From assembly GCA_018673485.1 (NCBI GenBank), contig JABHCP010000005.1, positions 102 to 64,101 on the forward strand: a stretch of 64,000 nucleotides of DNA. The letters run 5' to 3'. Each line of letters starts with the position of its first letter. Within the stretch, counting starts at the first letter, position 1. This DNA is from Candidatus Uhrbacteria bacterium. Its GTDB lineage: Bacteria; Patescibacteriota; Patescibacteriia; UBA9934. The notes beneath the pieces were generated by a model. It saw only the letters and a program-made list of their open reading frames with translations. It was not told the DNA's origin and made no database searches. This document shows positions 31,237-40,997 of this stretch, one piece after another. Both the position numbers and the translations under genes were made by a program.

Positions 31237-31284
31237 TCGATACAAAAAGAGCCGGTATTACCGGCTTTTTTGTTTAGCTTTGTT

Positions 31285-33621
31285 TTATCTCCGGGCTGTT
31301 CCGTTTTTTTCAACGTCAGAGAGGCTGACTGAGAGTAGGTTGGAGACTCCGTCATCTCCCATGCTTACCCCGTAAAGCAGATCGGCGTGTTCCATTGTTG
31401 CCCGGTTGTGTGTCACTACAATAAATTGAGTTAGTTTTTGTAGTTCGTCCAAGATGTTTGCGAATCTAACTGTGTTTGCCTCGTCGAGCGCTGCGTCCAC
31501 CTCATCGAGTACAACAAATGGGGAGGGGTTGGTCGCCATAATTGCAGAAAGAAGGGCGATTGAGGTCAGTGCGCGTTCTCCACCAGAGAGTAGATTTAGA
31601 GATTTCAGGCGTTTACCTGGAGGTGTTGCTTGAATTTCGATTCCGGCAACATGATCCTTTCGTTTTTTGACACGTTTCATTATTGCGCTCACCGAGTTCT
31701 CATCTTCTTCGATTTCTTCAATTTGATCTTGAGCGAGCGCCTCCATGGCCCGGTCAAGTGTAATCTTATTTTCTTTCTCTACTTCGTCTTGTTTCATTTT
31801 TATCAAACCACAGCTTCCGCCACCAAAAAGAATCTTGAAGTATTTTTGAAACTCTTTGTTTATTTGTTTGAAAACTTTTTCTGATTGCGATTGAATGTTT
31901 GAGTCTAGTTCATCGATAACTTTTTCTGATTTTTGAATTGCCTCACGGATGTCACTTACCTGTACGTCAAGGAAATCGTGGCGTTCTTTAGTTTCTTCAA
32001 ACTCAGTTACAGTTTCTTCATCAATTCCACCAATGAGCTCTAGTTTGTGCTTAAGATCCAGCATTTTCGATCTGAGATTTTCGAGATTTAGGAGATCTTT
32101 CGACTCACTTCGTTCGCTCAGGATGGACGAAGAGGGGGTGTTTTTAATTTCCTTAATTCTTTCCGGTACTTCTTCGCGCATTTCGCGCTCAAGCCCCTCG
32201 ATTCGAGTTTCAACTCGCACCTTCTCGATGTTCAGTTGATTTGATTGGTTTTCGATTTGGTGCAATTCAGACTGAATTTCACGCAGCTTTCTTTGAAAGC
32301 TAAAGATTTCAGTTTTATCAGTTCCGTCTTGTTTATTGGCTTGATCCATTTCAGCTTCAGCTGCTTTAAGATCTACCTGCGCTTTTTTAATTTTATCTTT
32401 AGAGTCCGCGATCACTTTCAGCATCGCTTTGTCTGGTTTGAAGTCTTCCGGATTTGGTTTTGTGAGCCGTCCTCGTAGCTGCTTAGCGCGTTTGAATATG
32501 TTCTCGATTGCATCTGTAATCTTTGTTAGCGCATCAATATCTTTAACAGACTTAAGGTCTTTCAAAGCCTGTTCTTGGTCGGTGGTAATAGATTTTAGCT
32601 CATCAAGAATATTCGAAAGTGGTAGTGGTGCCCAATTTGATTGAGCTTTCACTTTTGCGAGTTCCAAAGCACGTTCTGCTTCAAACTGTTCTTGTCGAAC
32701 ACTTTGTAATTGTGCTTGCGCCTTTTTGTAGGCGTCATGAGCTTTAGCTCGTAGCTTAGATTTATCTTCCTTAGATGATTGTTTCTCAAGTTCTAGTAGT
32801 TGTTTATCACCGTCTTTAAGTTCTTTTTGTTTTTCTGCAATTCGTTTTTCAATTGACTCTAACTTAGTGTCAGCTTTGCTGAGTTCAATTTGAAGTTGTG
32901 ACCAAAGGCCACCAAAGTATTTATTTTGAATTTCTTTGAGCTCAACTTCTACAACTTCTCGTTTTTCAAGTCGTTTCACTTGGCGCTTTAAAGATCGTAG
33001 TCGTGGCGAGATCTCTGCCAAGAGCATTTCGACTTCTGCTAAGTTGTCACTAGCCTTTTGCAATTTGAGCATTGCTTGGTGCCGTTTTATCTGAAGCCCT
33101 CGCACACCAGTTGCGTCGTCAAAAAATATTTTACGTTCTTCTGGAGATGCGGTTAGAACGTGGTCGATCATTCCTTGCCCAACAACTGAATATGTTCTTT
33201 GACCAACGCCAGCTTGAGCAAGAAGAAGCTGTATGTCTGAGAGTCGGACAGCCTTTCCGTTAAGTAAATACTCTGATTGACCATCACGATAAAGTCGACG
33301 AGTGATGACGACTTCAATGTAATCCACCGGCATTGCTTTGTCAGAGTTATTGATTGTCATTGTGACCTCGGCCATTCCAGAACGTCCCTTGCCTTCAGAC
33401 CCTGAAAAAATAATATCCTCGCTTTTTTTACCACGAAGCATTTTCATGGACTGCTCACCCAAGCACCAACGAATTGCGTCAGCTATGTTGGATTTCCCTG
33501 ATCCATTTGGTCCAACAATAACGGTAAGCGCATGCCTGTCCTTGCTTGGTGCCGAAAAGTCCAAAGATGTCTTCTTTGCAAATGTTTTAAAGCCTTGTAG
33601 TTCTAGTCGTTGTAAGTGCAT
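31285..33621 (-). CDS. smc: SMC-family chromosome partition ATPase (short form)
   Basis: GPNGSGKSNI, LSGGER, LDEVDAALD, long coiled coils. Confidence 0.93.
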   Translation of the reverse strand: MHLQRLELQGFKTFAKKTSLDFSAPSKDRHALTVIVGPNGSGKSNIADAIRWCLGEQSMKMLRGKKSEDIIFSGSEGKGRSGMAEVTMTINNSDKAMPVDYIEVVITRRLYRDGQSEYLLNGKAVRLSDIQLLLAQAGVGQRTYSVVGQGMIDHVLTASPEERKIFFDDATGVRGLQIKRHQAMLKLQKASDNLAEVEMLLAEISPRLRSLKRQVKRLEKREVVEVELKEIQNKYFGGLWSQLQIELSKADTKLESIEKRIAEKQKELKDGDKQLLELEKQSSKEDKSKLRAKAHDAYKKAQAQLQSVRQEQFEAERALELAKVKAQSNWAPLPLSNILDELKSITTDQEQALKDLKSVKDIDALTKITDAIENIFKRAKQLRGRLTKPNPEDFKPDKAMLKVIADSKDKIKKAQVDLKAAEAEMDQANKQDGTDKTEIFSFQRKLREIQSELHQIENQSNQLNIEKVRVETRIEGLEREMREEVPERIKEIKNTPSSSILSERSESKDLLNLENLRSKMLDLKHKLELIGGIDEETVTEFEETKERHDFLDVQVSDIREAIQKSEKVIDELDSNIQSQSEKVFKQINKEFQKYFKILFGGGSCGLIKMKQDEVEKENKITLDRAMEALAQDQIEEIEEDENSVSAIMKRVKKRKDHVAGIEIQATPPGKRLKSLNLLSGGERALTSIALLSAIMATNPSPFVVLDEVDAALDEANTVRFANILDELQKLTQFIVVTHNRATMEHADLLYGVSMGDDGVSNLLSVSLSDVEKNGTARR
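32092..32130 (-). repeat. Family B repeat in frame within smc (SILSERSESKDL)
   Basis: TCGTCCATCCTGAGCGAACGAAGTGAGTCGAAAGATCTC matches 19741-19778. Confidence 0.85.
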
Positions 33622-33676
33622 AGCGAGAGTATTATATCAAAAAGTGACGGTTGCGGATAATTGCATTCCATCAACC

Positions 33677-33722
33677 CGTCATCCCGAACGACCGAACGCT
33701 TGCGTGAGGAGTTGAGGGATCT
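33677..33722 (+). repeat. Family B repeat
   Basis: CGTCATCCCGAAC...GTTGAGGGATCT. Confidence 0.7.
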
Positions 33723-33801
33723 ATGGCATGCAGCAGGCAATAAACAATTAGAAAGCAAAAGCCCCGCCAACGCAGGGCGCGAGCGGAGTGAGAGCGGGCG
33801 G

Positions 33802-34416
33802 CTAATTGCCAGCGAGCCAGAGTTTGAAGCTACTTGGCCTTTCCATAATCCAGTCCTTGATCTTGCCGAGAATCGGGATCGTATCGCGCACGATCCAGAT
33901 AGTCTGGCGCACGGCCAAGAGGCCGGTGATCATTGTGATGTAGAGAGACCCAGCGACAACGACTCCAAGCATGATTCCCTGCGAGAGGCCGGTTGCAAGA
34001 AACACCAGTTGTGCTGGTGCCCAGGCGAGGCGCCTGTAGTAGCTCCATGGGCTGGTAGCCGGATGCATCCTAGCAAACGCTGAGATGATGTTGAAATTCT
34101 GCATTTCTTTTTCGACGTCATGGCAGTGACGCTCGTATTTGACTTCAACTCTGAAGAGTTTGCGAATCACTGCTTGCTTCTCTATCTCGAAGGTTCGAAT
34201 GTGTTCAAAGACGTGGATTGCGATCGGTAGAATGAGAATATCCCACCAGCGAGTCGTGATGGGCCAGATGATTTCTTCTGGCTGTGGAAGTTCGAATGGC
34301 GTTCCAATGGCATAGCTCCAGATCACGAGGCCGATCGCGCGAACAGTCATGGCGATGATAGACCAACGACGTGCGCGGCGCATGAGGATTCGGGCAGGGT
34401 GGTTGGGTTCGTACAT
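33802..34416 (-). CDS. Orphan membrane protein (cassette)
   Basis: AAGGA SD; hydrophobic segments; TTGACT promoter near 34493. Confidence 0.65.
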   Translation of the reverse strand: MYEPNHPARILMRRARRWSIIAMTVRAIGLVIWSYAIGTPFELPQPEEIIWPITTRWWDILILPIAIHVFEHIRTFEIEKQAVIRKLFRVEVKYERHCHDVEKEMQNFNIISAFARMHPATSPWSYYRRLAWAPAQLVFLATGLSQGIMLGVVVAGSLYITMITGLLAVRQTIWIVRDTIPILGKIKDWIMERPSSFKLWLAGN

Positions 34417-34505
34417 GACGATTCCTTTGGCGTGTTGCCAGCTGAGAGAGGACGAGGCTTCTAGGTTGATCTTTGCATGGTGGATTTGATTAGTCAATCA
34501 CTCGA

Positions 34506-34546
34506 CGGCAACCCCCTCCAGCTCCCCCTTGGGAAGGGGGAGGGAC
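34506..34546 (+). repeat. Family A repeat, intergenic copy
   Basis: Core identical to the uvrA and uvrC copies. Confidence 0.92.
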
Positions 34547-34565
34547 TGAGCTATAATGTATTCAT

Positions 34566-35009
34566 ATGACATATTTTATTTTCATGATAGTCCTCGCACT
34601 TTTTGGAGTGGGGGAGACCGTTTACCTTATTTCCAAGCGCCGCAAGAATCAAAAGCCAGTGTGTTTAGGCAAAGATGATTGCAACCTAGTCCTTAACAGC
34701 AAGTACAATAAAATCTTTGGTGTTCATAACGATGTTCTTGGATTGGTATTTTATGCATTTGTTTTCATTTCGCATTTAATATTTCTTGCGGATTTTCTAG
34801 CAATTGATTTTGTTCATCAAGCTGATGATTTTGTCAGAATATTGTTATTGGCATTTATATTCGTACTGTTCGTATCATTTATCATGTCTTTGCGATTTGT
34901 CTTTTTGATGGCGTTTAAGGTAAAAGCGTGGTGTCAGTGGTGTGTTGGGTCAGCTGTTACTGTGGGTCTGATGGTGCTTATTGTCTTGTTCTATCTCGGA
35001 ACTGCTTAG
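34566..35009 (+). CDS. Vitamin K epoxide reductase (VKOR) family protein
   Basis: C....C..VL.S.Y...FG and WCQWC motifs. Confidence 0.88.
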   Translation: MTYFIFMIVLALFGVGETVYLISKRRKNQKPVCLGKDDCNLVLNSKYNKIFGVHNDVLGLVFYAFVFISHLIFLADFLAIDFVHQADDFVRILLLAFIFVLFVSFIMSLRFVFLMAFKVKAWCQWCVGSAVTVGLMVLIVLFYLGTA

Positions 35010-35067
35010 TCGATCGGATTGTTGGATACTTGACTGGAATTGGTGCAAAAGGTAAGGTGTCGTGCTT

Positions 35068-36087
35068 ATGATTAAGATGACCTACAAACGGATTGATGCG
35101 GAGGTGCAGCGTGCAGAGCGTATTTTGTTGCTTACAGACGAGCGAATCGATGGCGATACGGTTGGAGCAACGCTTGGCATGTACCATGTTTTGAAATCAA
35201 TGGGTAAGGAGGTGGTTGTGTATTCTCCAAGGGAGATTCCAGCCACTTTTTCGTTTATGCCAGGACTTGAGCAGATTCAATACTGTGACACGGTTTTTGA
35301 TGATGACTCAATCGACTTGGTGATGATTTTTGATTGTGCCGATGGTGAGTATATTAAGGAGTTGATTCCACGACTGCCAAAGCGATCACCTTTGATCGTT
35401 GTCGATCATCACGTTACAAACCCGCGATACGGAACGATTAATTTGGTTGAGGACGATTCTGCATCAGCGTCAGGCGTTGTGTGGAGGTTTGTGAAGACCA
35501 TGAATTACCCAATGAGCAAATCGGCGGCACAGTGCATTCTAACCGGGATTTGTACGGATACTAATGTATTTTCAACTACAAACACAAACGCAGCTTGTTT
35601 GGATGCTGCCCACGAACTTGCACAATACGGTGCGCGTTTGCAGGAGATCGTTCGTGAAACCATGATGAATAAATCAGTGCCAGCACTGAGGTTATGGGGA
35701 CTTGCATTTGAGCGCTTGCATCACAATGATGAGTTTGATGCTATCGCAACTGCGATTACCCGTAAGGACATGAAAGAGATTGGCGCTCGCCCAGAAGATT
35801 TGCAGGGGCTCATAAACTTTTTAAATGCCATGGTCGATGGCGCGGACACAGCTTTGGTCTACTATGAACGTGACGACGGGTCTGTAAAGGGAAGCCTTCG
35901 GTCGCACACGGTGGATGTCGCGAAGTTGGCCGGTAAGTATGGCGGGGGAGGACATATTCGCGCGTCTGGATTCCAGATTCAAGATTCAATACTCGAAGAA
36001 AAAGACGGGCAGTGGTTTGCCGTAGCGAAGCGAAGGTCCGCCGAAGCTTCAGCGAAGGAGGATGCGAGTAAGATTGAAAATATATAG
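35068..36087 (+). CDS. nrnA: DHH/DHHA1 oligoribonuclease/pAp phosphatase
   Basis: DGD, FDC, DHH, TDT, KGSLRS, GGGGH..ASG. Confidence 0.88.
   Translation: MIKMTYKRIDAEVQRAERILLLTDERIDGDTVGATLGMYHVLKSMGKEVVVYSPREIPATFSFMPGLEQIQYCDTVFDDDSIDLVMIFDCADGEYIKELIPRLPKRSPLIVVDHHVTNPRYGTINLVEDDSASASGVVWRFVKTMNYPMSKSAAQCILTGICTDTNVFSTTNTNAACLDAAHELAQYGARLQEIVRETMMNKSVPALRLWGLAFERLHHNDEFDAIATAITRKDMKEIGARPEDLQGLINFLNAMVDGADTALVYYERDDGSVKGSLRSHTVDVAKLAGKYGGGGHIRASGFQIQDSILEEKDGQWFAVAKRRSAEASAKEDASKIENI
36035..36062 (+). repeat. Family C repeat in frame in NrnA C-terminus ([10 protein letters not shown])
   Basis: GTCCGCCGAAGCTTCAGCGAAGGAGGA resembles 24453-24485. Confidence 0.7.
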
Positions 36088-36110
36088 AAAACCTTATAGA
36101 ATACTCACGT

Positions 36111-36722
36111 ATGAATATAGAAAATATTGTTCCAGAAATTCAGTCCCAGGTGCTTATTCCGACTGTTGTCGAGAAGACGCATCATGGTGAGCGGTCTTAT
36201 GATATTTACTCACGGCTTCTAAAGGATCGGATTATCTTTTTAGGAAGTGCAATTGATGACACCGTAGCAAACGCTGTCATTGCTCAATTGTTATTTCTTG
36301 AAAGCCAGGATCAAGAGCGTGATATTAAACTTTACATTAATTCCCCAGGCGGATCAGTCACTGCAGGACTAGCGATTTATGACACCATGCAATACATCAA
36401 GCCATCAGTTTCAACGATTTGTGTTGGAATGGCGGCAAGTATGGGGGCGGTGCTTTTGACTGCTGGAGAAAAAGGGAAGCGATTCGTTCTACCAAATTCC
36501 GAAGTGATGATTCATCAAGTTTTGGGAGGCGTGCAAGGGCAGGCAACTGATATTAAGATTCACGCCGAGCGTATTTTGGCAGTAAAGGATTCACTCAATA
36601 AGATTATTTCAAAACATTCCGGTCAACCCATAAAGAAAGTATCTGATGATACAGAGCGCGATAAGTTCCTGACAGCAAAAGACGCACTCGCTTACGGATT
36701 GATCGATAAGATAATCAAATAA
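36111..36722 (+). CDS. clpP: ATP-dependent Clp protease proteolytic subunit
   Basis: [31 protein letters not shown]. Confidence 0.98.
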   Translation: MNIENIVPEIQSQVLIPTVVEKTHHGERSYDIYSRLLKDRIIFLGSAIDDTVANAVIAQLLFLESQDQERDIKLYINSPGGSVTAGLAIYDTMQYIKPSVSTICVGMAASMGAVLLTAGEKGKRFVLPNSEVMIHQVLGGVQGQATDIKIHAERILAVKDSLNKIISKHSGQPIKKVSDDTERDKFLTAKDALAYGLIDKIIK

Positions 36723-37045
36723 TTAAAAGCGACCCTTTGCGGGTCGTTTTAGGTTTCAGAAAAGCAGAACCACCTCCGGAGAGGTGGTTGAGGCGAAAGA
36801 CTTGCAAAGTTCGGTTTGAAGCGCTACCGATACCATCGCTGGGGAATTCCCTTTAGGCTAGTGTCTTTGAACGAGCCTGCCTCTGGCACTTTTGAGGCGG
36901 TAGGCAGTCCAGGTCCTGCTCGGTGCATCAGAACATCCTGGGTAGTTCTGAATAGTGAAATAATAGCATGAAAAAGCCCTTTTGTCAAGGGATTTAGCCA
37001 ATTTTTGCGCTATTTTTAGGTAAATTTGATGGGTGGGCTAAGGGG

Positions 37046-37074
37046 TTGACAGGGGCTTGAATGCGTGGTACTAT
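37046..37074 (+). promoter_or_regulatory. Sigma70-type promoter
   Basis: TTGACA-17 nt-TACTAT with extended TG. Confidence 0.75.
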
Positions 37075-37080
37075 GCTTCG

Positions 37081-37209
37081 TCGTGATGACATCCCTTTTG
37101 ACCTGCAGCCACGACAAGCATGGGGGTATATGATCTGTATGATTTCGGCTCCGGCTGATCCCTTACAGAATATATATCTTCTTGGCTGCAGTTTTGAAGG
37201 GATTTTTTT
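37081..37209 (+). ncRNA. Candidate small RNA (long hairpin plus U-tract)
   Basis: ATCCCTT..CTGCAGCCA pairs with TGGCTGCAG..AAGGGAT; follows promoter; ends in T-run. Confidence 0.5.
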
Positions 37210-37212
37210 AAT

Positions 37213-37497
37213 TGGGGGTATTTCATCCCCCAAACCCCCAGACATACTTTCTTTGTTGGCTCAAAGAAAGTATGCAAAGAAAGAGCCCTTTCTTACGTGT
37301 CCCGCGCCTTTATTAAAATCCAAGTGGCTGCCGCCAATTTTTTATTTAAGGTATTCCTAGGGAGGGCTGATCGATAAGCACCAGCCGTAGGGTTGGCGTC
37401 GGATCACAAGGACCAACGCCGTCGGGTAACGTGGTGCAACCGCAAAGCATTAGAGTTTAGCGGGGAAAAATTGGCTTGGGACTCAGTTAAGAATGGC
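37213..37497 (+). other. Structured non-coding element, copy 2
   Basis: Shares 55-bp head and stem architecture with 30978-31236. Confidence 0.65.
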
Positions 37498-37586
37498 GAG
37501 CTTGTGGCGGCTCCCAGTTTAGATAAATGATGAATACGAGTCGAGATTGTAATTTGAAAGCACCTCGTTTTGAGGTGCTTATGGGT

Positions 37587-38600
37587 TTATTTCTTTTTTG
37601 TTGTTTTCTTCTTTTGAGCTTTTCTTTTTGCTTTGGCTCTTAGGTCTGCTACTTTGTCGAATTCGTCTATAATTTCTGTTCCGATGATTTCTTCCAAGAT
37701 GTCTTCTACCGAGATAACGCCTTCGAAGCCTCCAAACTCGTCGCGTACAATGAATAGGTGTTTGTGCTTTTTGATGAAGGTATTAAGTACATCGTCAAGT
37801 GGTGTGTCGGTTGAAACCTCCACTGCTGGTTTTTTGATGAACTTTTCTATTGATTTTCCTTTGATCTCTTTTCCTAGTAGGTCGTGTAGGTGAAGTATGC
37901 CGACTATGTTATCTTGAGCATCTTTGTAAACTGGGAAGCGAGAGTGACCAGACTCGCGAAGCTCTTTGATGAGCTTGATTGTTAGCTTTCCTTGAGCATC
38001 CAATATCTTAACAACTGTATTGGGTGTCATTACGTCCGATGCTGTTTTGTCAGAGAACGTCAGTGCTCCTCGCGTGATCCTTTCCTCATCAGTGTCAATA
38101 TCGCTTCGCGCTGAGCTGCCGTGCTCTTCGATGACTTTTAGTAGTTCTCCACGTGAGTAGACACTTGGCATTTCGTCACCTAGAGTTTTGTCTAGTATCC
38201 AAGCGATCGGGTAGGTGAGTGGTAGAAGTACGATGATTAATATCTTAACAATCCATGCAGTCTTTGCACCAAAAGCCATTGCGTATCGTGAGATAACAGC
38301 TTGTGGCACGATTTCACCGAACACAAAGATCAGTGCTGTTGATACGATTCCAGCTACTAGTCCGGCCGCTATCGTTCCTAAGAAAATCGCAAGCGCTGCG
38401 TTTACTGCAACGTTTCCAAGAAGCAGTGTGGTGAGCAATAGGTTCCCACGCTTTCGGATTGGATAAATCTTTTTTGCATATTTATCCTTTAGATCCATTT
38501 TTCGTTTTAACTCATGTGCGTCGAGGCCCATGAGTCCAAGTGTGAGTCCGGAAAACAATGCCGAACAGCAAAGAAGTAGGAAAGTAATAACGTATGTCAT
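37587..38600 (-). CDS. CNNM/DUF21-CBS (HlyC/CorC-like) membrane protein
   Basis: SALFSG, FGEIVPQA, GHSRFPVY, EDILEEIIG.EI.DE.D. Confidence 0.92.
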   Translation of the reverse strand: MTYVITFLLLCCSALFSGLTLGLMGLDAHELKRKMDLKDKYAKKIYPIRKRGNLLLTTLLLGNVAVNAALAIFLGTIAAGLVAGIVSTALIFVFGEIVPQAVISRYAMAFGAKTAWIVKILIIVLLPLTYPIAWILDKTLGDEMPSVYSRGELLKVIEEHGSSARSDIDTDEERITRGALTFSDKTASDVMTPNTVVKILDAQGKLTIKLIKELRESGHSRFPVYKDAQDNIVGILHLHDLLGKEIKGKSIEKFIKKPAVEVSTDTPLDDVLNTFIKKHKHLFIVRDEFGGFEGVISVEDILEEIIGTEIIDEFDKVADLRAKAKRKAQKKKTTKKK

Positions 38601-38657
38601 ATTGTGTAAATAAAAAAGATTGACTTCATTATAGCAGTCAATCTTAATTTATTATAT

Positions 38658-40625
38658 TTATTCTTCCCCAGCTTCTTCTGTGAGGTCTTCTTCAATCATT
38701 TCGATGTCGTCATCATCATCTGAAGTTTCCGATTCATCAATTGATTCACATTCTTCACCTTCTGCGCACTCAACAGTGAGCTCCTCGACTCCTATCAGAC
38801 ATATCATCGGCAGTGATCGATATACAGATGTGTAAGTTTCACTAAATTGTGTTTCGTCTGCGTAGTCCACGTAGTAGGTAAACTGCGCGGTTGCACCTGG
38901 GTGAGGGGACTGGCAAGATGTTACCCCAGGGTCAAGATCAAGAGTTTCTGTATATTCTGTTTCACCATAGCCTGCCCATGAAAGTATTACAGGCGGTGAA
39001 TAATAGCCATTGCGTCCATCGTTTGTTCCCCAGAAAGTGAATATAACATCAAGAGTGGCGAGATCCACTTCAGTGTTGAGTAAAATATAGTCTTCGTAGT
39101 CATTTGTGAACTTAAAGTCCGGATATGGGTCGTAGATAGTCGCATCAGTTCCAGGATTTCCATTACTTGGATCGTTATAATAAGAAACAACTAGTGAGTG
39201 ATTTTGTCGTTGGTCAATCTGGAGTCCAGAGTTCATTACGGCTCTAAAGGCGGTTGTTCCAATCTGGCACAATCCACCACCTACCTCTGGAATAATCTCA
39301 TCACCCTTGATCACCAGTTCTGCTAGGTATCCATCAGAAACAGTAAAAGGCCCGAGCATTCCAACGAGTGAGATTGTCTCGCCAGGCGCGATCAAAAGCC
39401 CGTCGAGCTTAGATGCACCATGTTGAATGTTTGATATTCGATTTGATGGAGACCCAGAGAAGTCAGATATTCCTACACCAATAATTTCTGAGATGCCAAA
39501 GTTATTAACGTCAGCGGTAGAAACGTCTGGCGGAGTGTTGGCAACAGTTATATCAATTACAACATCCTCTTGACCAAGCTCATCGAAGAGTTCCTGCATA
39601 GTGGTTTTAGAATCGAGTTCAATTCCATCTTGGCTACCAGAGAATTCGGTAACGATGTTGTCCTCCATTACAAATCGGGCGTTCACTGGACTGATGTTTA
39701 CGTCATCCGTCACATCTTCCACGAAAGCTTCGTAGGTGCCACCTGCAAAGACAATTATTACATCACCGTCTTTTGAATATGCTGGCTCTATCCAGTCTGA
39801 TATCTCATCTGCGTCCACAGTCCACCAATATTCACGTAGAGTCTCCGAGGTGTACGTAAGGTAGTACGGGGCAGCTTCCACGATCTCGATAACTTCATCG
39901 CTGATTGAAAGCGCATCATCAGATGTCATTTCATACGTGATGTCACGCAAGTTGATGGTTATGTCCTCGAGCTCCAGGTCGTTTGCATCATCCCAAAGTG
40001 CTGCGATAGCGGATTCATAATCAATTTCTGTACCATCTTTCCCTGGCATGAATTTCACAGGAGCCTCTGCATCGTTAAGATTAACTCTGTAGTCAGCTGG
40101 CAATGACTGTGTTTCAAGTTCGCCAAATTGTTGTGTTAGTTGCTCGCGAATGTCATCCTCATCGATCTCAGATGGCCGTAAGAGTACAGTTGGTTCTATT
40201 AGAAGTTTTATTGGTGTAGTTAAGTTTGTCCAAATGGAGTCCGTTCGCCCCACAGCCATGGCGACCTCAATAGCATCAGCGGTATCAATATATATTAAGT
40301 CATGCGCTAGGTCAGGCTCTTCAATAATTGACGCTCTTAGGTCGATGTGACCTGATTGACCATCTACGGTAACATCAACGCCATTATTTAGCATGTCGTC
40401 AACATGTTGCTGTAAAACCTCGGTAGCATCTGCTTCAGATAGTTCTCCAACGTCAGCAATGCCGATGAAAACATTCGGCAATATGCGACCTTGATATGCT
40501 CTTGCATAAGCAAACGAGCTAGCACTGATTGCGATAGCAATGAATAAAACAATACCGGTCGTAATTAAGATCGGTTTTTTGTAACTGCGGACTGTGTCGA
40601 CGCTAGTTTTGATGAATTGTGCCAT
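38658..40625 (-). CDS. VanW-family protein with peptidoglycan-binding domains
   Basis: R..NI, GGGLCQIGTT.FRA, R.NHS, G.DATIY; N-terminal TM helix. Confidence 0.88.
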   Translation of the reverse strand: MAQFIKTSVDTVRSYKKPILITTGIVLFIAIAISASSFAYARAYQGRILPNVFIGIADVGELSEADATEVLQQHVDDMLNNGVDVTVDGQSGHIDLRASIIEEPDLAHDLIYIDTADAIEVAMAVGRTDSIWTNLTTPIKLLIEPTVLLRPSEIDEDDIREQLTQQFGELETQSLPADYRVNLNDAEAPVKFMPGKDGTEIDYESAIAALWDDANDLELEDITINLRDITYEMTSDDALSISDEVIEIVEAAPYYLTYTSETLREYWWTVDADEISDWIEPAYSKDGDVIIVFAGGTYEAFVEDVTDDVNISPVNARFVMEDNIVTEFSGSQDGIELDSKTTMQELFDELGQEDVVIDITVANTPPDVSTADVNNFGISEIIGVGISDFSGSPSNRISNIQHGASKLDGLLIAPGETISLVGMLGPFTVSDGYLAELVIKGDEIIPEVGGGLCQIGTTAFRAVMNSGLQIDQRQNHSLVVSYYNDPSNGNPGTDATIYDPYPDFKFTNDYEDYILLNTEVDLATLDVIFTFWGTNDGRNGYYSPPVILSWAGYGETEYTETLDLDPGVTSCQSPHPGATAQFTYYVDYADETQFSETYTSVYRSLPMICLIGVEELTVECAEGEECESIDESETSDDDDDIEMIEEDLTEEAGEE

Positions 40626-40636
40626 ATTATATTTTA

Positions 40637-40996
40637 TCAATCAGATAAGTCCTCCCGAACTGGTACCTGCATTTCAGCATGCGCTTTAGGAATGGTCAAT
40701 GTTAGTACACCGTTTTTCATGTCCGCATTGGCTTCATTGGGCTGAACGTGGGCAGGGAGCACGATCGATCGCGAGAAGCTACCCCAAAAACATTCTTCAA
40801 AATGCATTGTGGTGTCATGGCGCTCACGGTGTCGTTCACGCTCGCCCCTTATCGTAACCAAATCACTAGTGACGTTTATATCAATGTCTTTTGGCTTAAC
40901 TCCAGCTATTGCTGAGCGAATAATAATCTCGCTTGGCGTCTCTAAAACGTCAACTGCTAACTGGCCCTCTTGTGATTCCCACAATTGGTCGTCCAT
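40637..40996 (-). CDS. Hsp20 small heat-shock protein
   Basis: VDV.ET, E..WGSFSRSI.LP, A.MKNGVLTLTIPK. Confidence 0.93.
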   Translation of the reverse strand: MDDQLWESQEGQLAVDVLETPSEIIIRSAIAGVKPKDIDINVTSDLVTIRGERERHRERHDTTMHFEECFWGSFSRSIVLPAHVQPNEANADMKNGVLTLTIPKAHAEMQVPVREDLSD

Positions 40997-40997
40997 A

